DNA of 63,275 nt, the filler included, from Octopus bimaculoides (Eukaryota), in the NCBI RefSeq assembly GCF_001194135.2. It is 7 parts of 6 records of this genome, joined end to end, with 100 filler letters (N's around TTAATTAATTAA, not from the genome) between each part and the next. Parts side by side here need not be neighbours in the genome. Positions count along the whole stretch, not along the records: positions 61,048 to 63,275 come from NC_068983.1; 6 more parts are not named here. One strand, given 5' to 3'. Position numbers and translations under genes: made by a program. Every line of letters begins with the position of its first letter. Position 1 is the stretch's first letter. Shown piece by piece: positions 62,251-63,275 of this stretch. The notes beneath the pieces were generated by a model, which ran no database searches, had not been told where the DNA came from, and saw only the letters and a program-made list of their open reading frames with translations.

Positions 62251-63275
62251 GCTGTAATATGACGAGCTGCTCACTATGTCTGGTGTTTTGCAGCCTCATG
62301 TTGGGGCTTGTACCTCGTGGAAATGTTGGCCTGGATACCACTTCAATACTTAACTATGGCAGTGTGCAAAGAAAGACAGAAAGTTACTGATCCAATGAGA
62401 GGTATGAGCTTCGATTGAGGTATAACGATTGGGATGTAACGATAGAGTAAATGTATTGCGATGAGGCGCCAGGGAGCTTGATAAGAGAGCATCAAATGTT
62501 GGGCAGTTAAGTTTCATCACCTGACTTTTCAAAAGAGGAGTCCCACGGCTTAAATCTTCTAGTTTAGGCAGTTTACGATATACTACCAAACAACTTGTTC
62601 TGCTGGGGAAATTTGGAGCCAGCCGTTTCCCCACTATAAACGAGGATAGAAACCCTAGAGCTGATCCTCAATATCTAACCAAATGCCCATGGTAGAGGGA
62701 CACTAGTGGTAGACGTGCGACGGGGTTTCGCCGAGTCATAGCAAATGCCATTCGAAGAGAAGTTTCACTTTTGTCAAGGATGTCGAGAAAGAAATGGTAA
62801 CTGCCTGGTTTGCCTTATCTGACTTACTTGCAACAGGGGAAATATGCTGAGCTAGTGGAGTCATGTCAAAGCAATTGAAGGGAAGATGTGATTACACCTA
62901 GATGAAATGCAGAACATTTGTAGGTTTGTCCTTCTATAGAGATTACAGCATTCTTGTCATCAAAGGTGACGTAGAGAGAAGATTATGAGGTAGGCTGTGG
63001 AGGCACAAGAGATTTCCTCAAGGTGGCAGGGATTAGAAGGTGTCGGCCATGCAAAAGGAAAGGAAAGATCTAACTTTACCAAAGAAGAATGTTGTTTTTT
63101 TTTCAGTACAAATATATCTTTGAATGGATTTTTCCAAGACGAAGATTGCAACTTCTGTCTTTACATCTACACAATCACTTTATGTTGGATTGATTGAGAT
63201 TTTACTTTTACAAATGCAATTGCTACGATTCCATTAATTACGTAACGCATATATATATATATATATATATATATA

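Overview
AT-rich, gap-ridden eukaryotic scaffold segment. It is most likely coleoid cephalopod (Octopus-like); this is inferred from the SINE and MITE families, which I recognise from memory rather than by database search. I find no supportable host protein-coding exon, rRNA, true tRNA gene or CRISPR array, and most ORFs in the track are microsatellite or N-gap translations. The window is a mosaic of mobile-element relics: tRNA-derived SINEs (30+ copies), LINEs (CR1, RTE, L1/Tx1, RLE-type R4/Dong-like and Hero-like), Penelope-like elements, Tc1/mariner, hAT MITEs, Helentron-type non-autonomous elements and a long-TIR foldback element. The most notable observations are: (1) an apparently intact minimal hammerhead ribozyme next to a Penelope RT; (2) a 374-bp LTR-like insertion in an L1 RT with an 8-bp direct repeat and a terminal hairpin that runs into that repeat; (3) several long fold-back structures that could form dsRNA; (4) a 7-unit SINE-derived tandem array; (5) a CpG-depleted domain (about 2.3-17 kb) suggesting a methylated gene body, with a YY1-type motif near 22 kb. 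The TTAATTAATTAA islands inside N runs are assembly spacers. Coordinates of decayed repeats are approximate (tens of bp).
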